From the NCBI GenBank assembly GCA_027294635.1, contig JAPULR010000207.1:1-48816 (forward strand): a DNA stretch of 48,816 nt. The letters are read 5' to 3'. The notes beneath the pieces are model-generated. The model did no database searches, was not told the DNA's origin, and saw nothing but the letters and a program-made list of their open reading frames with translations. Origin of the DNA: Chloroflexota bacterium. GTDB taxonomy: Bacteria; Chloroflexota; Dehalococcoidia; Lucifugimonadales; GCA-2712585. Every line of letters begins with the position of its first letter. Position 1 is the stretch's first letter. Of this stretch, positions 1-7,919 are shown piece after piece. A program made the translations under genes and the position numbers.

Positions 1-269
1 GGATCGTCATCTACCACGAAATCAGGGGTCATGGGAACACCCAGCTCTTCCAACCGTTGGTGGTAGTCATGCAGAGGTTTATGATAGATACCGCTGATAA
101 GGTGACCCAGCTTGTGGCGCTTCACCACTTCCTTCCTGACCCCCATGCCGGACCAGATGTACACCCGGTGGCCGCCGTCGATGAGGCTGCTCATGGTCTC
201 CTTGGTCCCCGGGCGAAGGGAGTTGTCCATCCCCAGGATAGTCTGGTCCACGTCAAAGAATATGTTCAT
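1..269 (-). CDS. HAD-superfamily hydrolase-like protein, partial (C-terminus runs off the window start)
   Basis: Absent from the ORF track because there is no stop in the window. Minus-strand ATG at 269..267 is preceded by GGAAGGA. Translation MNIFFDVDQTILGMDNSLRPGTKETMSSLIDGGHRVYIWSGMG...FVVDDD shows HAD motif I (DVDQT) and an acidic motif-IV-like VVDDD. It lies 23 nt downstream of the ArsC-like stop on the same strand. Confidence 0.6.
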   Translation of the reverse strand, partial: MNIFFDVDQTILGMDNSLRPGTKETMSSLIDGGHRVYIWSGMGVRKEVVKRHKLGHLISGIYHKPLHDYHQRLEELGVPMTPDFVVDDD

Positions 270-292
270 TGGGCTGGATTCCTTCCCCCGAC

Positions 293-649
293 TTACCCGT
301 TCTGTAAAGCTGCCTCGATGCTCTTTTGATTGGCGCCAATGACAAGCCGGTCACCTACCCTGACGATGGGACGGCGGATGAGGCGGGGCTCCTGGGCCAT
401 GAGGCGGACGAGGTCCTCCGGGCTGAGGATCTCCTGCTCAAGCCCCATGGCCTTGAAGCTGGGACTCCTCCAAGAGAAGACCTCTGAAGGAGGCTTCAAT
501 CTGACCAGGTCCCTGAGCTCTTCTTCCGAGAAAGGCTCTTTGAAGAAGTCACGTTCGTCGAAATCCACACCCAGTTGCGAGAGCAACTCCCTCGCCTTGC
601 GGCAGGCGCTTCAGCGGGCCCACCAATAGAGAGTTATCTGCTTAGCCAT
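293..649 (-). CDS. ArsC/Spx-family thiol oxidoreductase, candidate selenoprotein (in-frame TGA at 613..611, U-S-A-C motif)
   Basis: The ORF track gives only 293..586 (TTG start), which begins inside the fold. The same frame upstream reads ATG(649..647) AKQITLYWWAR TGA SACRKAREL-LSQLGVDF..., with AAGGAGGAGAG immediately 5' of the ATG. The TGA aligns with the first Cys of the Spx-type CxxCRKAR motif. The downstream LIRRPIV matches the Spx/ArsC LLRRPI motif. Confidence 0.7.
577..595 (-). promoter_or_regulatory. Putative bacterial SECIS-like hairpin 3' of the in-frame UGA
   Basis: mRNA GCGAGGG-AGUUG-CUCUCGC forms a 7-bp stem (one G-U pair) with a 5-nt loop containing G and U. It starts 15 nt after UGA(613..611). 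This geometry is compatible with bacterial SECIS elements, but no covariance model was run. Confidence 0.45.
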
Positions 650-731
650 CTCTCCTCCTTTTCAAGTTTCAGGTGGCACATCTGTTTCTATGGGCAGACA
701 TCTGGGGCCAAAACCCTCTTTTCATGCAACG

Positions 732-3305
732 CTAACCGGCCTCCTTGGCCCTTACCTGAAGCTCATAGAGCTTGTTTATGGCCTCCAGGGGAGTCATGTT
801 GGTAACGTCCAGCTTCAGCAGCTCCTCTATTAAGGGTGCGCTGACAGAAAAGAGGGGGACCTGTTGTCCTTCTCCACGCTTCTTGCTGCGTCTTCCGCCG
901 TTTACAGACCTGGATCGCGATGCGGCTTCCAGCTCCTCCAGGATCTCCCAGGCGCGGTGGATCACCGTTCTGGGCAAGCCTGCCAGTTGAGCCACGTGTA
1001 CGCCATAGCTTCTATCCGCCCCGCCCGGCACGATACGATGCAGAAAGACCAGCTTGCCTCCCTCTTCAGTCACGGCCACGGTATGATTTCGCACCCGGGG
1101 GAGGCTGCCGGCCAACTGGGTAAGCTCATGGTAATGGGTGGCAAAGAGGGTTCGGCACCCCAGGCGCGGGTCGTTGTGGATATGCTCCGCCACGGCCCTG
1201 GCGATGGAGAGGCCGTCGTAGGTACTGGTACCCCTTCCAATCTCATCCAGGATAACCAGGGAGCGCCGGGTAGCCTGGTTCAAAATGGCCGCCGTTTCCA
1301 CCATCTCTACCATGAAGGTGGACTGCCCCGTGGCCAGATCGTCCTGAAGGCCCACACGAGTGAATATCCGATCCGCCAGGCCTACAGTAGCCGAGTCCGC
1401 GGGAACAAAGCTCCCTATCTGGGCCATAAGGGTAATTAGGGCCGCCTGACGGATGAAGGTGGACTTGCCAGACATGTTGGGCCCGGTGATAAGGAGCAGC
1501 TGGGCGTCGTCGGTGGACAGATAAAGGTCGTTGGGCACAAAGGTTCCCGCTGATAGTACCCTTTCCACAATGGGATGCCGTCCCCCCTTTATATCCAGGG
1601 GGCCTTCTTCAACCAGTGTAGGCCTTACATATCCGTAGCGGGAAGCGGCTTCGGCTAGAGAAGCGAGGACATCCAGCTGGGCAATTCCCTGGGCCAGGGC
1701 CATAATCCCCTGGGCCTGCTGGCCAATTTGGTTGCACACCTGCCTGTAGAGGTCCCGCTCCAGCTCCAGGATGCGCTCTCGAGCGTTGAGTATAAGGGAC
1801 TCGTACTCCTTCAGCTCCGGGGTGATAAACCGCTCTCCATTGACCAGGGTCTGCCTGCGAATATAGGTGTCGGGCACCCGGGCCAGGCTGGCCTTCCTGA
1901 CCTCGATATAGTAGCCAAAGACCCGGTTGTAACCAACCTTGAGGGATCTGATACCCGTAGCCTCCCTCTCCTTGCGCTCCAGCCCAGCGATGAAGTCCCG
2001 GGCGTCACCCGCCCCGGAGCGCAGTTGGTCCAGGTCCGCCGAAAATCCCTTCTTGATGACGCTGCCTTCCCTAGGATCGCTGGAGGGCTCCTCGTCTATA
2101 GCCTTCTCCACCAGTGCCACCAGGTCGTCAAAGGGGCGTATCTCCGACTTAAGCCAGCTAAGGGCCCCCGTGTCCTCCTCCAACAACGTCAGCAACCCTG
2201 CTGACGTTTTCAGGCTTTCTTTCAGGGCTATGAGGTCACGAGGTACGGCCTTCCCCAGACGCACCCGGCCCATTATTCGCTCCAGGTCGGACACTTTAGA
2301 GAGGGCCTGGCGGGTTTCCTCCCTCCTCAGCAATCCCCCATGAAAAAAGGCCACCGCCTCCTGACGTCGCTCCAGCTCGTCTAATCGGAGCAGAGGTTGG
2401 CCAACCCAGCGTCTGAGGAGACGCGCTCCCATGGAAGTCCTAGTGAAGTCCAGCGTCGAAAGAAGGGAAAGCTCGCTGCCGCCCCATCGCCCTCCCCGAA
2501 ATAGCTCTAGGTTACGGCTGCTCTGGGGATCTAGGGCCATGTAAGACGCTATCGAGTAGGTCTTGAGCGCGGAGACCTGCTCCACCGCCGCCGGCTGAGT
2601 ATTGGAAAGGTACTCCAGTATAGCCCCCGCCGCTCCGGTGGCTAACGGCAGGTTCTCACAGCCAAAGGCCTCTAGGGTGAGGACCTGAAAGTGGTCCAGC
2701 AAAAGATTCTTGGCCCTCCCTGGGTCGAAGTCCCTTGGATCCAACGGCGCCGCCACCTCCACATTCAGGTCGGGCCACTCCGCCTGGCCTTCGGGGACCA
2801 GCAGTTCGGCAGGGGCAAGTCGATTTATCTCCGCAGCCACGCGGTCCGCGGCGAGCTGAGTAGCTGCATATTCACCGGTTGTTATGTCAATATAAGCCAG
2901 TCCAGCCTCCAGACCATCCACAACAAGGGCCGCCAGGTAGTTGTTGGCCCCTTGCTCCAGCATGGAAGGCTCCACCACGGTCCCGGGGGTAACCACCCGA
3001 ACCACGTCTCGGTCCACCAGACCCTTGGAGGTGGTCGGATCGCTGAGCTGCTCGCAGATGGCCACCCTATGGCCCTTCTTAATCAGCCGCGCCAGGTAGG
3101 ATTCGACGGCGTGGGCGGGGACGCCGGCCATGGGCACCCTAGTGCCCTTGCCCATGCTTCGGGAGGTAAGGACTATATCCAGTTCCCGGGAAGCGACTTT
3201 GGCGTCCTCGTCAAAGGTCTCATAGAAATCTCCCAGACGGAAAAAGAGAATGGCGTTGGGATAACGCTGCTTTATCCTGAGATACTGACGGCGTATAGGA
3301 GTCAA
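732..3305 (-). CDS. mutS: DNA mismatch repair protein MutS
   Basis: 857-aa ORF with the N-terminal mismatch-recognition motif FFRLGDFYETF, Walker A GPNMSGKST, STFMVEM and DEIGRGTSTYDG. TTG start at 3305. Confidence 0.97.
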   Translation of the reverse strand: MTPIRRQYLRIKQRYPNAILFFRLGDFYETFDEDAKVASRELDIVLTSRSMGKGTRVPMAGVPAHAVESYLARLIKKGHRVAICEQLSDPTTSKGLVDRDVVRVVTPGTVVEPSMLEQGANNYLAALVVDGLEAGLAYIDITTGEYAATQLAADRVAAEINRLAPAELLVPEGQAEWPDLNVEVAAPLDPRDFDPGRAKNLLLDHFQVLTLEAFGCENLPLATGAAGAILEYLSNTQPAAVEQVSALKTYSIASYMALDPQSSRNLELFRGGRWGGSELSLLSTLDFTRTSMGARLLRRWVGQPLLRLDELERRQEAVAFFHGGLLRREETRQALSKVSDLERIMGRVRLGKAVPRDLIALKESLKTSAGLLTLLEEDTGALSWLKSEIRPFDDLVALVEKAIDEEPSSDPREGSVIKKGFSADLDQLRSGAGDARDFIAGLERKEREATGIRSLKVGYNRVFGYYIEVRKASLARVPDTYIRRQTLVNGERFITPELKEYESLILNARERILELERDLYRQVCNQIGQQAQGIMALAQGIAQLDVLASLAEAASRYGYVRPTLVEEGPLDIKGGRHPIVERVLSAGTFVPNDLYLSTDDAQLLLITGPNMSGKSTFIRQAALITLMAQIGSFVPADSATVGLADRIFTRVGLQDDLATGQSTFMVEMVETAAILNQATRRSLVILDEIGRGTSTYDGLSIARAVAEHIHNDPRLGCRTLFATHYHELTQLAGSLPRVRNHTVAVTEEGGKLVFLHRIVPGGADRSYGVHVAQLAGLPRTVIHRAWEILEELEAASRSRSVNGGRRSKKRGEGQQVPLFSVSAPLIEELLKLDVTNMTPLEAINKLYELQVRAKEAG

Positions 3306-3463
3306 CGGACCTCTCGCATCTGGGCTTTACAGGAGCATTTTACCTGAAACGCGGGGTAGTGGGAAACGGAACCGTAGAGATGGTTTATGTGAACAGTACC
3401 ATAGTTTTTGGGGCAAAGGTGCCTGTTAAGGGCACTACATTGCAAAAACCCTACCTAACTCAA

Positions 3464-3493
3464 TTGACTTTTGAAGAAACGCTACCCTATAAT
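3464..3493 (+). promoter_or_regulatory. Sigma-70-like promoter (TTGACT, 18 nt, TATAAT) for the 3601..4158 membrane-protein gene
   Basis: TTGACT at 3464..3469 and TATAAT at 3488..3493. This predicts a leader of about 100 nt before the ATG at 3601, which has SD AGGAGG at about 3589. Confidence 0.45.
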
Positions 3494-3600
3494 CCTATGA
3501 GTCTCGAAATGGGACGTTTTTGGCAGGTTGCCGCCGTAAATCCAGTCGGGTGTTGTGGGGAGTCGTTGGGGGGAATGGGTATCCTATTAGGAGGTAACAC

Positions 3601-4158
3601 ATGGAAGTAATTTTCTTAATCGTTTTACCAGCAGTTCTTTGGGCCCAGTCCTGGTATTTCTTGGATCTGTACACTAATACCAGAACCTTGGGCATGATCG
3701 CGGCCGCCGTGGCCATACTACTGGGCGGCATGGTGATATTCGGCGGAGGCAGCTTCCCTGCCCTGCATGGCGAACCTGCCGATGTCAGCGCCGTCCTAGG
3801 CGCCTTCATTGCCCTTTGGGCCATCTACGCCGCTATAGTGGCCGCAGTACACCTTGGAGGGTTTGACGAACGTACTCTTGGTCTCTACTCGCTTTTCCTA
3901 GCGGTAGTTTCCGTTCTGTACGTGGTCTACTTCTTCGCTGGTGGTGAGATTCTTTCAGATCCCAGCGAAGGCAACGTTGCGCACTGGCCCATGGGCATCG
4001 CGTCTTTAGGGTTAGCAGTAGTAGCCGGCCTGGCCTTCTTCTACCACGCGCCACCTTTCCCCAGGATCAGACACGTTGCCGGATGGGCTACACTGGTGGT
4101 CTCAGTTTTGACAGTTGTCATGGGCGGCCTGGTAATTCTGGGGATTCGGATCAACTAG
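3601..4158 (+). CDS. Small polytopic membrane protein, tentatively AmiS/UreI-like channel family
   Basis: 185 aa with about 6 hydrophobic helices. Size and helix layout, plus a central LW...A...GGFDERTLGLYSLF segment, resemble my recollection of AmiS/UreI proteins. The coding call is strong (SD present, terminator follows); the family call is weak. Confidence 0.5.
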   Translation: MEVIFLIVLPAVLWAQSWYFLDLYTNTRTLGMIAAAVAILLGGMVIFGGGSFPALHGEPADVSAVLGAFIALWAIYAAIVAAVHLGGFDERTLGLYSLFLAVVSVLYVVYFFAGGEILSDPSEGNVAHWPMGIASLGLAVVAGLAFFYHAPPFPRIRHVAGWATLVVSVLTVVMGGLVILGIRIN

Positions 4159-4213
4159 TAAGCACGGTACCAACTTAAAACAGAACCAAAGACCAGCGGC
4201 AACCTGGTCCATC

Positions 4214-4256
4214 AAAAAAAGAGAGCCCCAGTAGATCTGGGGCTCTCTTTTTATTT
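4214..4256. terminator. Bidirectional rho-independent terminator between convergent genes
   Basis: Perfect 10-bp stem GAGAGCCCCA (4221..4230) / TGGGGCTCTC (4238..4247) with a 7-nt loop. It is flanked by A7 (4214..4220) and TTTTTATTT (4248..4256). Confidence 0.75.
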
Positions 4257-4272
4257 AGCTTTGGGATGAACC

Positions 4273-5004
4273 TTATTCCTTCCAGAACCTCTCTTCCTTC
4301 ACATTAAAACCCTTAGGCTTCAGACGTTCCTTTACATCCTCAATCATTCCAGGGTGCCCACAGGCGTAAACCAGGGTGGTTTCCGGCTGTAATCCTAGCT
4401 TCTCAATATATTTTTCGGCAATCTGATTTACCCTGCCGGTCTCTCCCTCCCAATCCTTGTTCCTCTCCTCCTGGGGCCGACTTACGGTGGGTAAGAAAAA
4501 GACGGTTTCCGGGTGTTCCCTCCCCATCTCTCCAAGCTCTTGATCGTAGACGAACTCGTCATAGAAGCTGGCCCCCTCCAGCACGTAGAAGCGGTGTCCC
4601 TGGGCTCCCCGATGAAAATAGCTCCTCAACATGCTCACAAATGGGGCTACACCTGTAACGGTAGCCAACATCAGATGGGAGTGATACTTCTCGTCAAGGG
4701 TAAATATCCCCTTACAGCGGGGACGGATACTCATCTGGTCGCCCTCCCTCATTGCCCACATGAGGGGAGTGAGGACGCCATCGGGCTCTGGCACAAGCTC
4801 AACGAAGATCTCCAGCTCAGGTTCGTGGGGCGCCGAGACTATGGAGTAGGCCCGCTCAACGCCATCCAGACCCAGGGTACAGTACTGGCCGGGCTTGAAG
4901 TCCATATCCGTCTCAGGCTTGAGTTTGATGACCATGAGGTCATGAGTAATGTCCCTCCGCTCCATCATAGTAGCTTTGGGCAGTACTAGCTGTTTTTGTA
5001 CCAT
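4273..5004 (-). CDS. fpr: Ferredoxin/flavodoxin--NADP+ reductase, bacterial Fpr type
   Basis: 243 aa with the RAYSIVS FAD-binding motif, MLATVTGVAPF NAD(P)-binding motif and C-terminal YACGHPGM. Length and layout match E. coli Fpr. Confidence 0.8.
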   Translation of the reverse strand: MVQKQLVLPKATMMERRDITHDLMVIKLKPETDMDFKPGQYCTLGLDGVERAYSIVSAPHEPELEIFVELVPEPDGVLTPLMWAMREGDQMSIRPRCKGIFTLDEKYHSHLMLATVTGVAPFVSMLRSYFHRGAQGHRFYVLEGASFYDEFVYDQELGEMGREHPETVFFLPTVSRPQEERNKDWEGETGRVNQIAEKYIEKLGLQPETTLVYACGHPGMIEDVKERLKPKGFNVKEERFWKE

Positions 5005-5077
5005 TTATCTCCCTAAACTCTCCTCCACCCCTCCTTAAATCATACTGCATCGGCCAGTGGCCTAGCTACCAACACCA

Positions 5078-7915
5078 CTACGGGTTGGAGACCTTAATTA
5101 ACCTGGCGCTGGTGACCTCCAGTCCCGGCACCCTAGACATAGGATCAGGATCCTGGCTGGCCTCCAACTCTACCATCAACTGTCCGAAGAGGAAGGTAGC
5201 GGATACGACGCCACGCTGGATACCATCGCGAAAGACTGCTCTGCCTCTAACGGCGCCCCTGTTGGTCTGTACCTCCACCACATCTCCCTCTTGGACGCCC
5301 AGCATTCTAGCGTCGTCCCGGTGCAGCTCGATGATCTCCTCCCTCTCTACACGGTTCTCTTTGCCCTTGATGACATCTATCTCTCTCTCTGACTGTAGCA
5401 ACACCCGTCCCGGGGCAAAGACGAAGGGACGGTCCGACCCACTGTGGTCTATCTCAGCCTTCCTGAAATCGGGGGCCGGCATACGAGCTTTCCTAACAGT
5501 GAAACCCTCGGAGTATAGAGTGGGAGTGCCTTTGCTCTCGACAGTGAGGCAGGGCCACTGGAGCCCCCTGTACTCCTTGTCCGAGTAGAGGACCTGGGTT
5601 GGCAAAGGATTAGATACGTCGGGGCGGAATACGATGCGTCCTTCAGCTTCCAAGCGCCGGTGGGAGACCCCACCGTAGATAGGGGTGAGGCGCGCAATCT
5701 CGTCCATCACCTCGGCGGAAGAGGAGAAGTCAAAGCCCTTAGCCTGCATCCTCTGGGCCAGTTGGCAGATGGTCCGTTCCTCGGACCGGGCCTCACTGCT
5801 CTTGATGGAAACGACCGGCCTGATGGTCTGGATGCGACGCTCCAGGTTGGTAAAAGTGCCGGACTTTTCAGCAAATGTGGCCCTGGGAAGTACCACGTGG
5901 GCTCGCTGAGCCGCGGGACTGAGGAAGGTATCTTGCACCACCAGAAACTCCAGAGCCTCAAGGGCTGCTAAGCCGTCACCGAGCTCGCCGTTGTTGAGGT
6001 TTGGGCTGTCCCCGACTATAAACATGGCCTTTATTTGGCCCAGCCTGGCTTCATCGAAAATCTGTTGTAGACTAAGGCCGGGCTCCTCGACAATTCGACA
6101 GCCCCACTCTTCCTCGAACCTTCGTCGGGCACCGGCATCAGACACAGGAGCATAGCCAGGCAGAAGATGAGGCACGCAACCCACATCCCAGGCGCCCTGC
6201 TCATTGGCGCCCCGGCGCAGTGGGTAAATCCCTGAGAAGGCTTTGCCCAGGTTGCCCGTCAGGAGCGCCAACGATGCCAGTGCGTGTACGCAGTCCCGGT
6301 GCAGTTCCTCCGGAACGTTGTCCAACCCGTACACAATGGCCGATGGCTCAGACGGGGCATAAATCCGTACCGCCTTATCAATCAGGTCCCGGGATACACC
6401 TGACTCCTCAACCACCGCGTCGATGTCCACAGAGGCCAGAGCCCCACGCAGCGCTTCCAGACCCTCGCAGTTCTCATCCAACCACTCTCTCCGCTCCAGA
6501 CCCTGGTCCAGAATCCCCTTGAGGATAGCGCCCAGGAGAAGCAGCTCCGTCCCTGGCCTGGGCCGCAGCCAGAGGTGGGCGTATCTGGTAAGCTCCACCT
6601 CCCTGGGGTCAATTACGATTAGCCTGGTGCCCTCCTTGACGGCCCTCTTGATGGGCACGCCAAGCACGTTGTGCTCCTCGGTGAGGTTGGCGTCAAAAAC
6701 CAGGATACACTTAGCCTGTTCCAGCTCCCAGATGGGATTGGTGGCAGCGGCGTATCCCAACACCTCCTGAAGAGCCTCCGCCATAATCGGCCGGGTGTTG
6801 GAGGTCTGGTCCACGCTATTGGTCCCCATGACCACCCGAGCAAATTTCTGGGCCAGGTAGTGCTCCTCATTGGTGCTGTTAGGGGAAGTCAGCATGGCGA
6901 AGGAGGGACCCTTGTAGGGCTGAAGACGCTCAGCCATATAGTCCAAGGCCTCGTCCCAGGAGGCCTCTTCCAGCTTCCCATCGCGGCGGATGAAGGGCTT
7001 CTTCAGACGCTCCTTATGGTTGACGAAATCAAGGCCAAATTTGCCTTTAAAACAGGCCTGGCCCTTGTTAGCCGGAGAGTTAATCTCGGGAATGGAGCGA
7101 ATAACCTTGCCAAATTGGTTCACCTCAAGGTTGAGCTGGCAGCCCACCGGACAGTGAGGGCAAATGGTCCGCTCCACCCGTTGGGCCTTCTCCCACTTAT
7201 GATCGCTCTCAACCAGGGCCCCCACGGGACAAACGTCCAGGCAGGCGCCGCAGAACTCGCAGCCCGACTCCAGCAACGAGGTACCGAAGGATGTCCCTAC
7301 GAGCGCCTGACCGGCCCGCTCGGTGAATGTAATGGCGTTGTCCCCACGAACCTCTTCGCAGACCCTTACACAACGACCGCATACGATGCAGAGGTTATAG
7401 TCCCGGTCATAGAACGGGTCGCCCGTCTCCACCGGAAGGTCCCGGTACTTGTATTCCAGAGGCGACTCCAAGCTCATACCCAGGTATCGCACCGTATCCT
7501 TGAGCTCGCAGCGCTCGTTTTTGGGACAGGTGACACACCGGTCGTTGACGGACACGTGGCGCAGGCAAATATCCTGGGGCCCGCAAAGGTCCACCCGATG
7601 GCAGGTGAGACAACCGTGGGGATGTTCGGCGATGAGCATCTCCATGATGTTGCGCCGCAGCTCGTGGACCTGGTTGGAGGTATTTTTGACCACCATTCCA
7701 TCGGCCACGGGCAAGGTACAGGATGCGGGAAAGCCCGGTCCATTTTCCACCTCCACCACGCACATCCTACACGCGGCGAAGGGCTTCAAGCCGGGGTGAT
7801 AGCAGAGGTAGGGAATATAGATGCCCGCTTCTATGGCAGCTTCCAGGACCGTCTGGCCAGGGCGGGCCATTACCTCAACGCCGTCGATGGTGATGGTTAT
7901 CTGGTCGTCGGCCAT
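5078..7915 (-). CDS. NuoG / formate-dehydrogenase-alpha-like Fe-S molybdopterin-fold subunit (catalytic Cys/Sec absent)
   Basis: 945 aa. It has an N-terminal 2Fe-2S ferredoxin (CYHPGLKPFAACRMC), a His-ligated cluster motif HPHGCLTCHRVDLC, and two CxxCxxCxxxCP motifs. It also has the MopB 4Fe-4S CPHCPVGC...ACFKGKF, a molybdopterin-oxidoreductase core and a C-terminal barrel. The stretch that aligns to FdhF GTNNVDCCARVUHGPS reads GTNSVDQTSNTRPIMA. Confidence 0.85.
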   Translation of the reverse strand: MADDQITITIDGVEVMARPGQTVLEAAIEAGIYIPYLCYHPGLKPFAACRMCVVEVENGPGFPASCTLPVADGMVVKNTSNQVHELRRNIMEMLIAEHPHGCLTCHRVDLCGPQDICLRHVSVNDRCVTCPKNERCELKDTVRYLGMSLESPLEYKYRDLPVETGDPFYDRDYNLCIVCGRCVRVCEEVRGDNAITFTERAGQALVGTSFGTSLLESGCEFCGACLDVCPVGALVESDHKWEKAQRVERTICPHCPVGCQLNLEVNQFGKVIRSIPEINSPANKGQACFKGKFGLDFVNHKERLKKPFIRRDGKLEEASWDEALDYMAERLQPYKGPSFAMLTSPNSTNEEHYLAQKFARVVMGTNSVDQTSNTRPIMAEALQEVLGYAAATNPIWELEQAKCILVFDANLTEEHNVLGVPIKRAVKEGTRLIVIDPREVELTRYAHLWLRPRPGTELLLLGAILKGILDQGLERREWLDENCEGLEALRGALASVDIDAVVEESGVSRDLIDKAVRIYAPSEPSAIVYGLDNVPEELHRDCVHALASLALLTGNLGKAFSGIYPLRRGANEQGAWDVGCVPHLLPGYAPVSDAGARRRFEEEWGCRIVEEPGLSLQQIFDEARLGQIKAMFIVGDSPNLNNGELGDGLAALEALEFLVVQDTFLSPAAQRAHVVLPRATFAEKSGTFTNLERRIQTIRPVVSIKSSEARSEERTICQLAQRMQAKGFDFSSSAEVMDEIARLTPIYGGVSHRRLEAEGRIVFRPDVSNPLPTQVLYSDKEYRGLQWPCLTVESKGTPTLYSEGFTVRKARMPAPDFRKAEIDHSGSDRPFVFAPGRVLLQSEREIDVIKGKENRVEREEIIELHRDDARMLGVQEGDVVEVQTNRGAVRGRAVFRDGIQRGVVSATFLFGQLMVELEASQDPDPMSRVPGLEVTSARLIKVSNP

Positions 7916-7919
7916 CCAG

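Noticed and set aside
57-342. Plus-strand ORFs 57..329 and 112..342.
   Set aside because: They are antisense to the partial HAD-like gene and the ArsC-like gene, both of which have clear motifs and SD sites.
5078-7915. The FdhA-like gene as a selenocysteine-containing formate dehydrogenase.
   Set aside because: The ORF is uninterrupted, with no in-frame TGA. The position aligned to Sec/Cys-His of FdhF reads Arg-Pro, so it is neither a selenoprotein nor likely a catalytic formate dehydrogenase.
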